Origin: Octopus bimaculoides
Taxonomy: Eukaryota
NCBI RefSeq assembly: GCF_001194135.2
Contig: NC_068981.1
Span: 115,681,528-115,745,527, forward strand
Length of the DNA stretch: 64,000 nt
Direction of reading: 5' to 3'
Numbering within the stretch: position 1 is the first letter of the stretch; each line of letters starts with the position of its first letter. Made by a program: the position numbers and the translations under genes. The notes below the pieces were generated by a model. It ran no database searches. It was not told where the DNA came from and saw nothing but the letters and a program-made list of their open reading frames with translations. This document shows, in pieces, positions 24,736-37,342 of the stretch.

Positions 24736-24839
24736 GTTCAATCCCATTGTGCAGTAATTTAATAAACTGTTTTCGTCCATAGCCTCGTGGAGACTCGAAT
24801 TTGGACGGAAACTATGGAAGCCTACAACATGAGACAGAC

Positions 24840-25121
24840 CAGTGGTTCTCAACCATTTTTCACTTATGAACTCCTTTAATTCCTAGTTTACTCCACTGGA
24901 CACTCATAGCCGTTCGAGTTTTTAAAAACTCCTATTATATTTCTATAATCAGATATTATTTGGAATTGCAAAATAAATAAAAAAACATGTTAAAATACTT
25001 TGTGTATTGTACAAGTATAACCAATTTGTTGCATATAAATTTTACCAACAAAATCTTACACGAACCCCTAAGGGTCATATGGACCTCTAAGAGTCCTATG
25101 CACTCCTGTTGAGAACCACTG
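24840..25121. mobile_element. hAT-like MITE
   Basis: 14-bp TIR CAGTGGTTCTCAAC / GTTGAGAACCACTG. No matching TSD. Confidence 0.7.
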
Positions 25122-25401
25122 GGATCACCGGCAACTCGTGTATAGGCACTGCGGAACTGCAGCACCTCCTATTTCCACTCGATATTATCAATAACGTTCA
25201 ATATAATGAGTCCTTTTTTCTTTATTCCTTTCTTTATACTTGTGCATTATATAATCCTTAAGCTTAATGTCAGTAACCATCTCTTAGTTTATGAAAAAGA
25301 TACAAAAGTCCTTGTCTAGAACTGTGTACTTCACAGTTCCAGCAAAGTGGTGTTTGGCTATTGTGTGCATGCTCACATGTCCGAGATCAGAAGCTGCACG
25401 C

Positions 25402-25402
<1 letters not shown>

Positions 25403-25448
<46 letters not shown>

Positions 25449-25457
25449 AGAGAGAGT
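25403..25457. repeat. (GA)n microsatellite
   Basis: Direct reading. Confidence 0.95.
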
Positions 25458-25954
25458 ACTGTCGTTCACGCAGTGCCGACCCTGGTGTGCTGGTGAAAGG
25501 TTGTGTTTCTTTTTGACTCCACGTGTGTTGTGCTTAAAAACTTGTTTATATTCTTGAATGTGATAAAGTGTAGAATTAGATTATGATCCTGCTTCCAGCT
25601 ACAGTGTTGCTGCCAGCATTTNNNNNNNNNNNNNNNNNNNNNNNNNNNNNNNNNNNNNNNNNNNNNNNNNNNNNNNNNNNNNNNNNNNNNNNNNNNNNNN
25701 NNNNNNNNNNNNNNNNNNNNNNNNNNNNNNNNNNNNNNNNNNNNNNNTCAGTGAACAAATTAAACACAATACCCGGCAGTGGCTAAAACGCGAACCGGTC
25801 AAGTTTATGCATAAATTTTCTTTTTATATGCTTGTTTCCTTTTACATAATATTAAAACAACGGCTGAAAAATTTCTGAAGCAGTACTAATTTTATCTAGG
25901 AGCCGTCACTGACTGGGATAGACCAATAATTGAAATGGCTAATATTCTTTTCTA

Positions 25955-26162
25955 CTCTACGCACAAGGCTCGAAATTTTTGGGGAGGGGGCTAGTCGATT
26001 AGATCAACTCCAGTACGCAATTGGCACTTAATTTATCGACCCCGAAAGGATGAAAGGCAAAGTCGACTTCGGCGGAATTTGAACTCTGAACGTAAAGACA
26101 GACGAAATACCGCTAAGCATCTCGACCGACGTGCTAACATTTCTGCCAGCTCGCCGCCTTAA
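25955..26162 (-). mobile_element. SINE family A, well-preserved copy
   Basis: Reverse complement of the head AAGGCGGCGAGCTGGCAGAA...GTTCAGAGTTCAAATTCCGCCGAAGTCGACTTTGCCTTTCATCCTTTCGGGGTCGATAAA. Boundaries approximate. Confidence 0.85.
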
Positions 26163-29100
26163 AATGGCTAATATTGTCACACATATTTTGACTGAAGAAT
26201 AGGTTAACAACTATAATTAAGGTGGCATGCAGGCAAAATACTTAGACTGTCAGGTAGGATACCTTGCGGTATTCGTTCCATTTCTCTGCGCTCAGAGGTA
26301 TCTTTGCCTGTCATCTCGTTGGGTTTATTAAAAAAAAAAAAAAAAAAAGGCAAATTTTGTAGAAGATTCTTCATTCTCACTGAAAAAACAATCAAGTGTG
26401 GTCACATTTGGAGAATGATGAACTCAAGCAGGTTTAGATTCCCAAAGTACGTTATATCTCCCGATTGCATTCCTATGACTACACGTGGAATATTCAGCCA
26501 CTTACACAGTAATTAGTTACTGACACTGTAATAAGTTCATCAACAATTATTAACTTTTTACAAAGCTGAAGTGCTACAACATAGACATAATTTACTGCAT
26601 CCCAAGACAGGTCATTTTGGTGGATTGACATGAAGTCACACGCCCCCATACACTCAAGCCACTGACTCAGGAATGTGTTATCTCCGTGTTATCTTCTCAG
26701 CTTGATCTGCCGCAGCTACAACGAGCTCTCTTCCTCGGATCTGGCTACTTCGTACTACCTTCACTTATGTCTACCGATTCACCCTCCTGTCTTCCCCTTC
26801 GGCAAACGAATCTGAGGAACTCGAAACCAAAATTAATTCTAAAAACACTTAATTTATAATAGCTGGGTACTACTACCATTGTATCCAATCTATAAATAAT
26901 TAGGTGTCTCTTTGTTTTTCTAGTCCACTCTGATATGGCAAAAACCATTGAAATTTTCTAATTCCACTTTGAATTATGGTAAAACAATTATCTCCCACAT
27001 ATTAGCTTAGGCCATTAAAATTAGTCCTAGCTATTACAAGGGAGATCTTTCCAACGGCCAATAAAATATGCATAAACCTTGGTTTACTTCTTTCTATGTT
27101 AAAACATTGGTGTTCGTCATATCGATGATTTTCTAGAATGCTGAGTGTAGAACTCGGCTTTCATTCTCATTTGGAGCAATTTACTTAATTTATCATGCAA
27201 ATACTCATGATAATGTATGGAACATTAAAATACTCAATAATTTTTCTTTTTCTTATTATTCGTGATTCGTTAGCAATGCTGAATGAATATTAATTGTAAC
27301 ATATTTTCGAACGAAAAATGAAATACAACACCATGGAGACGTATCTAAATATATCTAAATACAATAAACCATTTAGTTTGACGTTCTAATTCTTACGGTT
27401 GGCTGCACCTAATTCCTGCTATTAACAAGAATATGACAGTTATGTGAATTTGAAGATCCAGTATTCGGTGACCTGGTCTTATTAATGAGCTGTCATTTTG
27501 TTCTTTTGTTATGATTTAGTCAGAGGACAGTGTTCATGACTTTTTTTTTTGTTTTTTCGGAATACTTAAGGCTGGCAGAAAGTAGGGAGGAAGTTATCAG
27601 ACAGGTTGGAATCTACTAAAGTACCTAAGATTTCAAGTGATGACGTTAAACCGAGTAAGGAACAAAATCTATTACACAAGAACAAGAAAGGCTGTCCGTT
27701 CACTGGACTTAGTTGTTTCCCTCTACCAAATTTCAGTCATAATGTTTTGCTTCGGCAAGGGGATATTGTAGAAGATACTTGCTCAGGGCAAGCGTACAGT
27801 TGGCTCAAACTTGAAACCCGTAACTAAAAAGGGAAATTTTTAACCACACTATCGTGTGCTGAGAAGACGCTGTGGCCGATTCAATCGATGCCATTACTTG
27901 CATAGCACATATGTTATCGATAATAGAGGGATGAACGTAAAAGTCACTTGGCGGGTTTTCAGCTCAGTAGGTTTTCGGACGGATATAGATGCAATAAAGT
28001 ATTAATTTTTTCGAGATTATATCAGTGACCTAGCGCATAAAAATGACCGTATAGGTAAATTTAAATTTCAGGTATATAATTATAATTAAGCGCTACTGAA
28101 AAGACCAGCCGCCTACGTGGCTGAATATAGAGAACAAATGTGGTTGAATATAGAGAACAAACTTTTGAGTGGATTGTAGGTATTTGACATCTACTTCTGG
28201 CGTAATTGTGATATTAAATAATAACTGCCTTTTTATCGATATATATTAATGGAGGAATTTATAAAAATTTTCCCGAGAGTCAAACTCGTTAAAAAATATG
28301 TCGTACCGAATATTTAAATTTGTGAAAATAAGAGGAATGACCAGTCTGTTGTGTCGCTAAATTTTTACTAAGAACATTTTTTGTGGTTAGATGATTCGGC
28401 ATCTATTTCTAGCATATAGGAGTCCACTTTTGCTGGTCATCCCTCTTATTTTTGTATGTAATATAATTTTAATCTTCGGATTCTTTTAATATGCTAGACC
28501 ACTGGTTCAAATTGATTACTATCAATTTCAATGCTTCAGTAGACATATCATTGAAATTATACGAACTTTAGATACTGTTTATTATATCCAAACAGACTGG
28601 TAAATGAAGAACGAAATTAATCTACAATCACCAAGCACATTTGAGAGTTTTAAAATTTCACGAAACCAATCTTAATTAAATCACGATATCCATGTAGGTT
28701 TTCAACATTGGCGTATAAATGCATAGTTCAATAGAACACACACACACGCACACTTCTATAGGTAGTGTATGTGTGAGATTGCATAGCAAAACAAACATCT
28801 ATTAAACAAGCTGTACTTAAATGAGCTTTAGGTAAAGGGTACCATTGCAAACCTGCCTGATAATCTGAAAATGCAGGTTTATCTCTTGACTGAACGTCAG
28901 CAATAATTCGTGCAATGATATATGGATGTCATTTCCACACATCTTCGCATCGAGAGAAGCTGAATTTTGTTTGTCAGATTATCTAATAAATCATCTACTG
29001 GTCTCAAGAGTTACTGAAGTGCACATTGAGGTATAACTGAATCTTCCTGTTGTTTAATCTCACATTACGATGTTCGTTGTTGGTGCGTTGACCATATATA

Positions 29101-29566
29101 CATACATTAACTATGACTCGAATAAACTCACCCTATTACGTACACTGTTCAAACATAGGAGAATAAGCAAAGTAAACGAGAGTTTACGAAAGTAAAAAAA
29201 TTATTTATTTATAAGTTTTAATCGTTTGTTAGTGATGGCTATAGTTATCAGGTGAATCTGATATTTTCAGAATTGTTTCTCCTCTTGGGGAATAATTAGC
29301 TACAACTTGCTGTCCTTGGCATGAAGTATGGCTTTCACAATGTCAAAATGTGATACCATAATGGTATTGTAGGTTCATTTATACCTTAGCACAAATGGTT
29401 TGTAAGTCTTGAATTAAACTTCTCAATTTTCGCTAAGCTTAGGACTATATCCGGCTATTTATTGAAAAGCCTCAAAATTATGGAATGTTTGATTTTGATT
29501 TGTAGTGTAGCTGTTATCATTGCTGTTGTTGTCACTGTCCTCATTCTTATTGCTGCTAACGTGAAT

Positions 29567-30117
29567 CTATTCATGAAGTGAAATATCAGAGGTCTTGGTT
29601 GGTGTGTTTGCCAATGTCATGAAGCCGTTAAATAATTCGTTTGTTTCATTACTGCGCAATGTATCCAGATGAGTGTTTAAAGGGTAATCAGCAGGTAATG
29701 GCTCATCAACTCTAGATCTATAGAAAGATGACTGGCTTGCATCTGACATCTGCACGATTTCTGTGGAGTTAGATTTTGGTGCTTCATTATTTGAGCAATG
29801 ATAATACATGGGGATATTTGAATGCTCAAATTCATTGTCATTGAAATTATATTTTCCAGCTACAAAATTACCATCCGTTTGCCCGATTTCCGAATTGCCA
29901 AAATAGCTAGATGGGTATGCACAGAGGTTTGGGTAGTTGACGTACTGTCTTGGTGGACAAAATAATTGTGTTTGTGGTCCAACTGGTGCAATCTGTTTAT
30001 GAACAAAGCACTCGTTTGCTTGGTATAAAGGTATTGAATATGGACACATATGTATAGGTAGTTCCTGCTTTATGTAATTTTTCTTGTTTGCATTGTCATT
30101 AACCACAGGAATTAATC
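29567..30117 (-). CDS. SOHLH2: SOHLH-like terminal exon 10 (P/Q/Y/N-rich C-terminus)
   Basis: Polypyrimidine-AAAG acceptor in phase 1, contains the 179-aa ORF, stop at 29567-29569. The spliced CDS totals 2016 nt, i.e. 671 aa plus stop. Confidence 0.8.
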
Positions 30118-30428
30118 CTTTAGTTTAAAAGAAAAAGAAAATATTAAAAAAAAAAATTAATACAAAGAAACAAAAATCTATTTCTCATTCATATATGTTA
30201 TCAATGTTTATTTTAATCAACAAACATGATTTGAACTTAAACGGTCGAAAATATCAAAATCACCACTATAAATTACCTTGAAAGTTTCAAATTGATGAAA
30301 AAAAATCTAACATAAGTTATATGCGAATTGAATACTTCTGTATTATTGGTTGCCTTGACTGATCATACATGCACATACTTTCTACTCAGAAACTCGTCCC
30401 TCTAAGGCGGCGAGCTGGCAGAATCGTT

Positions 30429-32714
30429 TGTCGTTGTTTTTTAGTAGAAAGTGTGTACGCTATATGCGAGTCCTGTTATTGTTAACGTTATTTCTTGGAT
30501 TGTTGAATCATTGTTATTACTTGAATTTGTTAGAATCTTTATTTGTTTTCCCCATTTATGGGCGAAGTTGTGTAGAACATTATTATGGAGAATAGACAAG
30601 TGCAAAATGGCAGTTATGCTGCGGTGACTGGAAAAAGCCTGTCAGTGGAGCTACTGCAGGTCCGTGAAATAGAAGTCAAAGACAAGGACTTCAAGAAATA
30701 CACCACCTTGTTGAGAAAGGAGGGAGACCGTCTCAGACTGACGCCTCCCAAGGAAGTTATTGAGAATACAGAAAAGAGAACTATCATCTATAGAACGCTA
30801 AACATGGCGTCGAAGAAAGTAGAGATAGCAGCCGTTGAAGTGGTAGAGGAAATGCTTGAAAGAGGTGAAAGAATCGACTACATTCTACACCAGAGGACGG
30901 GAGTTCAGCACGGTGGAAGTGCGCTTCGAAAATGAAGCAAAGTAGTACTCCACTGTAGCCTTGAAATCAGCGGAGCGGGCACTACCTACTTACTGTGGCA
31001 AACGTGTGGCTAGAGTAAGGATAGGTAGAGTGACCCCTGAAATTGACGAGGTATGGCTGGTGGCAGTCATCCTCTGTCATACAGAGGAAGAAGCAAAAGT
31101 TTTTAAAATGTCAAAGACTACAAAGGTGAACTGATGGGGATATGGGCTAAAAGTAATAGGATCTTTTTTAAAACGGGGGCCACATTTTTCATTAATGTCT
31201 TACGTAGTGTTTTTGGTACCGAAAGACTTTCAAACTTCGTATACTTATCTATTTTGTGTTATAGAACAGAAAAATATTTTTGTATTCGAATTCATTTCAT
31301 CTAAAAAATTGTCTTATTTCGATAATTTCAACCAATCACTGACAAGTATTCAGTTGTTTACATTTACTCCTTGGCTGATTAAGCGATGTAAAGCGTATTT
31401 AATCTCCATACCTTCGTTTTATTTGCTTTTTTCATTTTAAATTTGCTTTAACCCTAACCCTAGGGTTAGAGTTAGGGTTAGGGTTAGGGTTAATTGTTTC
31501 AGAATCGTTTGTTTATGTAGTCGGCACGTAATGTATATCGGCTGAATGGACGTCAGTGATTGGTTGAAATTACAGAAATACGACAACTTTAACATGGAAT
31601 AATTTATGGATTTCTTGTTTTTTTAAGAAGACTAAGAGAAAAAGATGTTTTATATGACACATTCTACCAGTGTTCCAAGTTTCAAAGTGTTTCGTTAATG
31701 AAAAATGTGGCCCCCGTTTTAAAAAAGATCCAAGTAATAGTCCATATAAGCCTGGCAGACCTCCATAAGAATGTGGAAGAGCTGGTGTTGCCAGATGAGA
31801 CTAGATTAAGGATTGTTGTGGAGGGTAGACCTCCAATATGTTTTGCGTGTGGAGTAAGGGTACACATGAAGGCTAAGTCACCCCAGAAACACGAGGAGGA
31901 AATAATAGAAACAGAAATTCAAGAAGAGAGTACAGCTGTAGCAGAGGATAAAATGGACAAGCAATCTACGGTGGTGAAAAGAAAAAAGAATTTAGAATCA
32001 CCACCTAAAAGCTCCAAGGAAAAAAAAAAAAAAGAAGAAAACAAACGAGGAACAAGAAAGAAAAGAAAAATGGAAAATCAAATGAAAAATCAAGTGAAAT
32101 GTGAACTCAGGAACCGTTGTCTTCAACCAGTAAGGAAAAAGGAGCATGGCAGGAGAATGAAAACGAAAGAGACAGCGAATTTGAGACAGAGAAAATTGTG
32201 TCGGGCGAAGAGAGTGGTGAAAGATATCAGAGAAAGAGATGCCTACAGGGAGAAATTTACGAAACCGCGTAGTATACGAAAAATGTGTTGAAATCGAAAA
32301 GATGGTAACAAAGATGATAAATGTTATCAGAGTAAAATTGGCAAACCATGAAGGTAAGAAGGGCGTGCTATTGGAGAGAGATTAATAGAACAGTTTGGGG
32401 GAAAAAAAAAAGAGTTGAAATATCACCACTTCAGTTTAGATACGACGAGTTGCCGCCTGTTGTAATTTTCGACTATATAGTACAATATTCGTCGCAATTT
32501 TGTGTTAAAAAAAATACGTGACTAAAGTGAACTGTAATTTAAAAGAACAATAAAATGAAACTGCTTGCTTTGGGGGGCGAGTAAGCCATTTCATCCTCAT
32601 TTTTTTTGTCATAGTCCATTCGAAATGTGTTTTATATGTACCCCAATGTCTTGTTTTGTCTGTCCTTATGGTGTCCACTCTTTATAAAGGCCATGTGCCT
32701 AAATAAAAGAAATT
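30429..32714 (+). mobile_element. ORF1-only L1/Tx1-type retroelement, copy 1 (degenerate, MITE-interrupted)
   Basis: Gag-like ORF with VVEGRPPICFACGVRVHMKAK knuckle, 3' tail ...AAATAAAAGAAATT, and 17-bp TSD GAGC(T/A)GGCAGAATCGTT (30412-30428 and 32715-32731). Confidence 0.8.
31159..31731. mobile_element. GGATC-TIR MITE (copy 4, 573 bp) interrupting a retroelement ORF1
   Basis: Same TIR as copy 2. TSD AAGTAATA (31151-31158 and 31732-31739). Removing it restores GYGLKVIVHISLADL. Confidence 0.95.
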
Positions 32715-32758
32715 GAGCAGGCAGAATCGTTAGCACGCCGGGCGAACTGCTTAGCGGT

Positions 32759-34412
32759 CTCTGTGAAGTTGATGCATGAGTTTGTGTTGAACTGTTTATT
32801 GAATTGCTGCCAAAGATGTTGGTTGTTGTTTGTTTCCCATTGTGGAAGATGGGGAACCGGGGTTGTGCGGCCGCGGCGAGCAAAGGAGTGGACACGCGAG
32901 AGTTAGAGGTTCGCGAGAGTTAGAGGTTCGCGAGATGGGGGTGGAGCCTAAAAAGATGAAGGAGAGTGAGAAATTAATCACAATGGAAGGAAACATTTTT
33001 AAGCTGACACCGCCTGAAGAGCTATCGGCCAACGTGACAGAAAAAGAACGGTTATATTTAAAACCATGAAGGCAGCCACGAGAAAGATAGAAATAGCACC
33101 AATAGAGGCCATAGAAGAATGTGTTAAGAATATAAAAAGATTCACAACATACATTACGAGAAGGAGAAGATACGTCACTCTGGAGGTGCTCTTCACAACG
33201 GAGGAGGAAGTAATAAAGCACTCCACAGAGGCAGTAAGGACAGAGGAATGGATACTCTTGCTTTTGTACTGTGGCAAATGTGTGGCCAAGGTGCGAGTGG
33301 GTAAAGTACCACCCGAATTGAAAGAAGAATGGCTGATGACAGCCATAACGTATAATATGATTGACGGGAAGATTCTGAAGGCTACAAGAACTCAGAAGGT
33401 GAACTACTGGGAATATGGTATCGAATTAACGATTCAGGCAACGACGGAGGACTTGAATAGTGTAGTAGATGAGATTGTGCTGTTTGAAGATGTGAGAATG
33501 AGAGTTACTGTGGAGGGTAGACCACCATGTGGAAAAAGGGGCCACATGAAGGCATGTTGCACCCAAAGAAAGCCACAAACAGAACAGGAGGAGAGACATG
33601 AGAGTGTGGACCAGGTAGTACAGGACATGGCAACAGAAAAAGAAACGGAGAATTGGATTCACTATGGTTAAAAAGAAAAGAAGGTGGAGCGGAGGAATGA
33701 GTTCTTCGCCAGAGAAGCAGAAAAAGAAGAGAGAAGAGGCGAGAAAAAAAAACTGTGAAGGAGGGCAGTAGGAAGGAAAAAGAAAGTGGAGTTACCAGTA
33801 GAGAAAGAGTCGGAAACCCAACTGTATGAAAGTGAGATGGAGAGACTATTTATGAAGGAAGAAAAGAGAGAACCAAAAGTCCAAGAGAAAAAGAAAGAAG
33901 ATACGAGGAGGAGACAGAGTGTGGTATTATGTGACGTACCCAAAAAATGTTAAAACAGAGAAAAAGATAATCAAGCTTCATTCAATAGTAAGAGTGAAGG
34001 TGCCTTCATACGTCTACGCGGAGGATATGAAGGCAATATTGATTGAAGAGGAAAACTACAGAAAATCGAAAAAGATGTGTGGAGATAGCATTGACCCACC
34101 AGGAGTGGAGGTGCAATTTAAAGAGTTACCACCAGTGGTAAATTTAAGAGATATCGATCCACTAATGAAGTTCTACTAAAGACAAAAAAAAAGTATGAAA
34201 TTAAAGAAAAAAAAGAGCAATTGTAGATAATACATATAACGGTTCAAATGGTAATGTATGGAAGTGGGGCCCATGCGTCCATTTTCATTATTTCATTTTT
34301 ATATAATTTTCATCTCATTTACATTCGTTTTATGTTTTTGTCCCCACTGTAGTCTTGTCTGTCCTTATGGTGTCCCCATCTATGTTTAGGGCTTTATGCC
34401 TAATAAAGAAAT
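32759..34412 (+). mobile_element. ORF1-only L1/Tx1-type retroelement, copy 2 (frameshifted)
   Basis: ORF pieces 32830-34179 homologous to copies 1 and 3. Shares the 3' motif TTGTCTGTCCTTATGGTGTCC...AATAAAGAAAT. No endonuclease or RT coding sequence. Confidence 0.8.
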
Positions 34413-34423
34413 CGGTATCCCGT

Positions 34424-35450
34424 CTCTGTGAAGTCATTGCGTGAGTTTATGCTGAAATATTTATCGAATCATTGCCATTGTTATTTGATTTGAATTGCTG
34501 TTAGAACTATTGCCGTTGTTAATTTGTTAATTGTTGTCCCCCCCCCCCATTGTGGGAAAATGGAGAAGAAGCAGGAGGGAGGCCCAAGTTATACGGCCGC
34601 AACGAACAGAGGAGTAGATGTGCAAGAGTTGGAGGTGCGCGAGATAAAGGTGGAGCCTAGAAGGATGAAGGAGAGTGAAAAATTAATCACTAAGGAAGGT
34701 AATATTTTGAAGCTAACGCCACCTGAAGAATTATCGGTCAACGTGTTAAAAAGAACGGTAACATTTAAAACCATGAAGACAGCCACAAGAAAAATAGAGA
34801 TTGCACCGATAGGAACCGTAGAGGAGTGTAGCAAGTAGTTGAAAAGATTTACAGCATGCATTACGAGAGGGAGAAAATACGTCACTGTGGAGATGCGCTT
34901 CACATTAGAGGAGGAAGCAATAAAGCACTCCACAAAGGCTGTAAGGTCAGAAGAATGGATGCTCCTGCCTTCGTACTGCGGCAAACGTGTGGCCAAAGTG
35001 CGAGTAGGTAGGGTGTCACCCGAGTTAAAGGAAGAATGGCTGATGACAGCAGTAACATACAATATGAAGGATGGGAAGATTTTGAAGGCTACTAGGACCC
35101 AGAAGGTAAACTACTGGGGATATGGTATTGAATTGACAATACAGGCAACTACGGAGGATTTAAACAGTGTGGTGGATGAGATTGTGTTGCCAGAAGATGT
35201 AAGATTGAGAGTTAGTGTAGAGGGAAGGCCGCTGATATGTTTCACATGTGGAGAGAGGGGCCACATGAAGGCGTGGTGCACCCAACGAGTACAACAAGCA
35301 GAACAGGTGGAGAGACAGGAGAGTGTGGACCAGACATTGGTAACAGAAAAAGAAACAGAGAATGGATTCACTATGGTTAAAAAGAAAAGGAGGAGGAGCG
35401 GAGGAATGTGTTCTCTGCCAGAGAAGCAGAAAATCTTTCCTGGGTACCCT
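34424..35450 (+). mobile_element. ORF1-only L1/Tx1-type retroelement, copy 3 (3'-truncated)
   Basis: Intact CCHC knuckle CFTCGERGHMKAWC. In-frame TAG at about 34836. 5' start CTCTGTGAAG shared with copy 2. Confidence 0.8.
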
Positions 35451-36164
35451 GTATCTATCATCGTTCAGGAACCGACCAAATAAGTACTAGATGAGCATTA
35501 AAGTTGATAAAGCTGACTGTATCGTGTCATTACATGTCTTCGCCACGTGCTAACTAATAATTTATGTCAATAAATCATTGAAATACTTACGGATTTCTGA
35601 ATTTAAAATGCTACTTTGTATAGGTTTCGAATTTGTTGAGACAGTGGTGGTCATTCGACTGGGAATAGAATTATCTTTGAAGTTTTTCTTATATTCAAGA
35701 ATTGTTATTTCATCACTCTCTGCAGTTCCAGTCATTTCCAATCGAGGTTCTTTATGGACAGCATATTGTAGATGTGTATCTGAAAGTGTTTGGCACGTTA
35801 TCTTATATAGCATACTATAAATAGGATTCGAAGAAACAAATAGAAATTAATGCGTTTGATTAACAAGAGAAGTTTTACTAGAAGATCGCTCAGAACAAAG
35901 ATAATTTCAGTTTATTACTGGTATTTTATTTTTACCTATGACAAAGTAACTCCGACAGGATTGGCATGTAAATTCCTAATGATTATGTAGTCTTGTTCAA
36001 TGCTGTTTTGGGCATTAGAACCTCTGGTTTGACTTTAATGAGCATAAAACCTATATATCAGATGAAAGGAGGTTGGAGGTATACTGTTAATACCTATATT
36101 AGGAAATTGGCTGTGCTTTGGAAATTCTTTTCAGCGTGTCTCATTACGGAAAAGTGATTTATCA

Positions 36165-36350
36165 AAATAAGGCGCCGGGCAAAATGATTAGCGGCATTTC
36201 ACCTGTCTTTATGTTCTGAGTTAAAATACCACCGAGGTCGACTTTGCCTTTCATCCCCTCGATAAAACAAGTACTAGTTGAACACTGAGGTTGATGTAAT
36301 CAACTTACGCGCTTCCCCGAAATTGCTGGTCTTGTGTCAAAATTTGAAAC
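36165..36350 (+). mobile_element. SINE family A copy
   Basis: CGCCGGGCAAAATGATTAGCGGCATTTC...GAGGTCGACTTTGCCTTTCATC. Confidence 0.75.
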
Positions 36351-37205
36351 CAATACTGATTTATTAAAACGTTTTAGTCATTAGTACATATTACCATATC
36401 GATATTTAAGTATTTAAATATACACTTCAGCTGCAATCCGTTTCAATTCCTAATATTTGGAACCAACAAGGGAACTTTTAATTGGTTGTTGATGCTTTTC
36501 CCAAGTCATTGATTACTTCTTTATGTTGTAATTTAAGGAAAATTCAGATAATTTCATATTACATCCTGTAAGCTCAAAATAATGTCAGCCGTGGCATTAA
36601 TATCGTTATATTTTGGTGGTGGTGGTGGTGGGGGGGATATAATATAAGATTAGTATAACCAATATATTCTTCTGCTTATTAGAAAGACAGTAAAGTATAA
36701 TTCTATATTGTTTTTATAGAGAAGGGACACGTTGGATAATATAATTCTAGGTATACTATGCCTAAAAAAATTGATTATCATGTTTGGAACACCTGGATTA
36801 ACAAATAACATGGTGAATTTTTGCTTTACTTTTGTTAAAAAATAGGATACCGAAATGTAAAATTGTAATGCCTCAGTAGAGACATCACTGATTACTTTGT
36901 GTTGTAATTTAAGGAAAAAATAAAGCGATTCAGATAATTTCATATCACATTCTGTAAGCTCAGAATAACACTTATTAACAATTATGAACTGTACAATAAA
37001 AATTAAGTGTTTTGCCTCTGGAATAAAAGCAGCACTGGTGATGAAAAGCAAACTGATGTTTTATATGTTTTATATAGATGTTAACACCTGGAAATATTAC
37101 TTAAAGGCATTACATCGAGTAAACCTCCACCCCATGCATATATATAAAAATGTCATACAAATTATTTTATGGGAAGGTGATAGCACAATTAGTAAGGGAT
37201 CTCAC

Positions 37206-37342
37206 CATTTGTCTCCAGGTACTTAGCACTTGTAGTTCCATCCATTTTGGAATTAGGTCTCTTGACCGGTGACGTTGCAACATTTGCAGCACTGTTATTG
37301 GACACACTTTTCACATTGAGCCGTTGTACTTGTCCTTCATGG
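37206..37342 (-). CDS. SOHLH2: SOHLH-like exon 9
   Basis: TTGTCTAG acceptor and GTGAGA donor, phase 2 to 1, open frame. Confidence 0.78.

Noticed and set aside
25122-25802. Possible LTR or TIR element around the (GA)n tract and gap
   Set aside because: No consistent termini or TSD could be identified.
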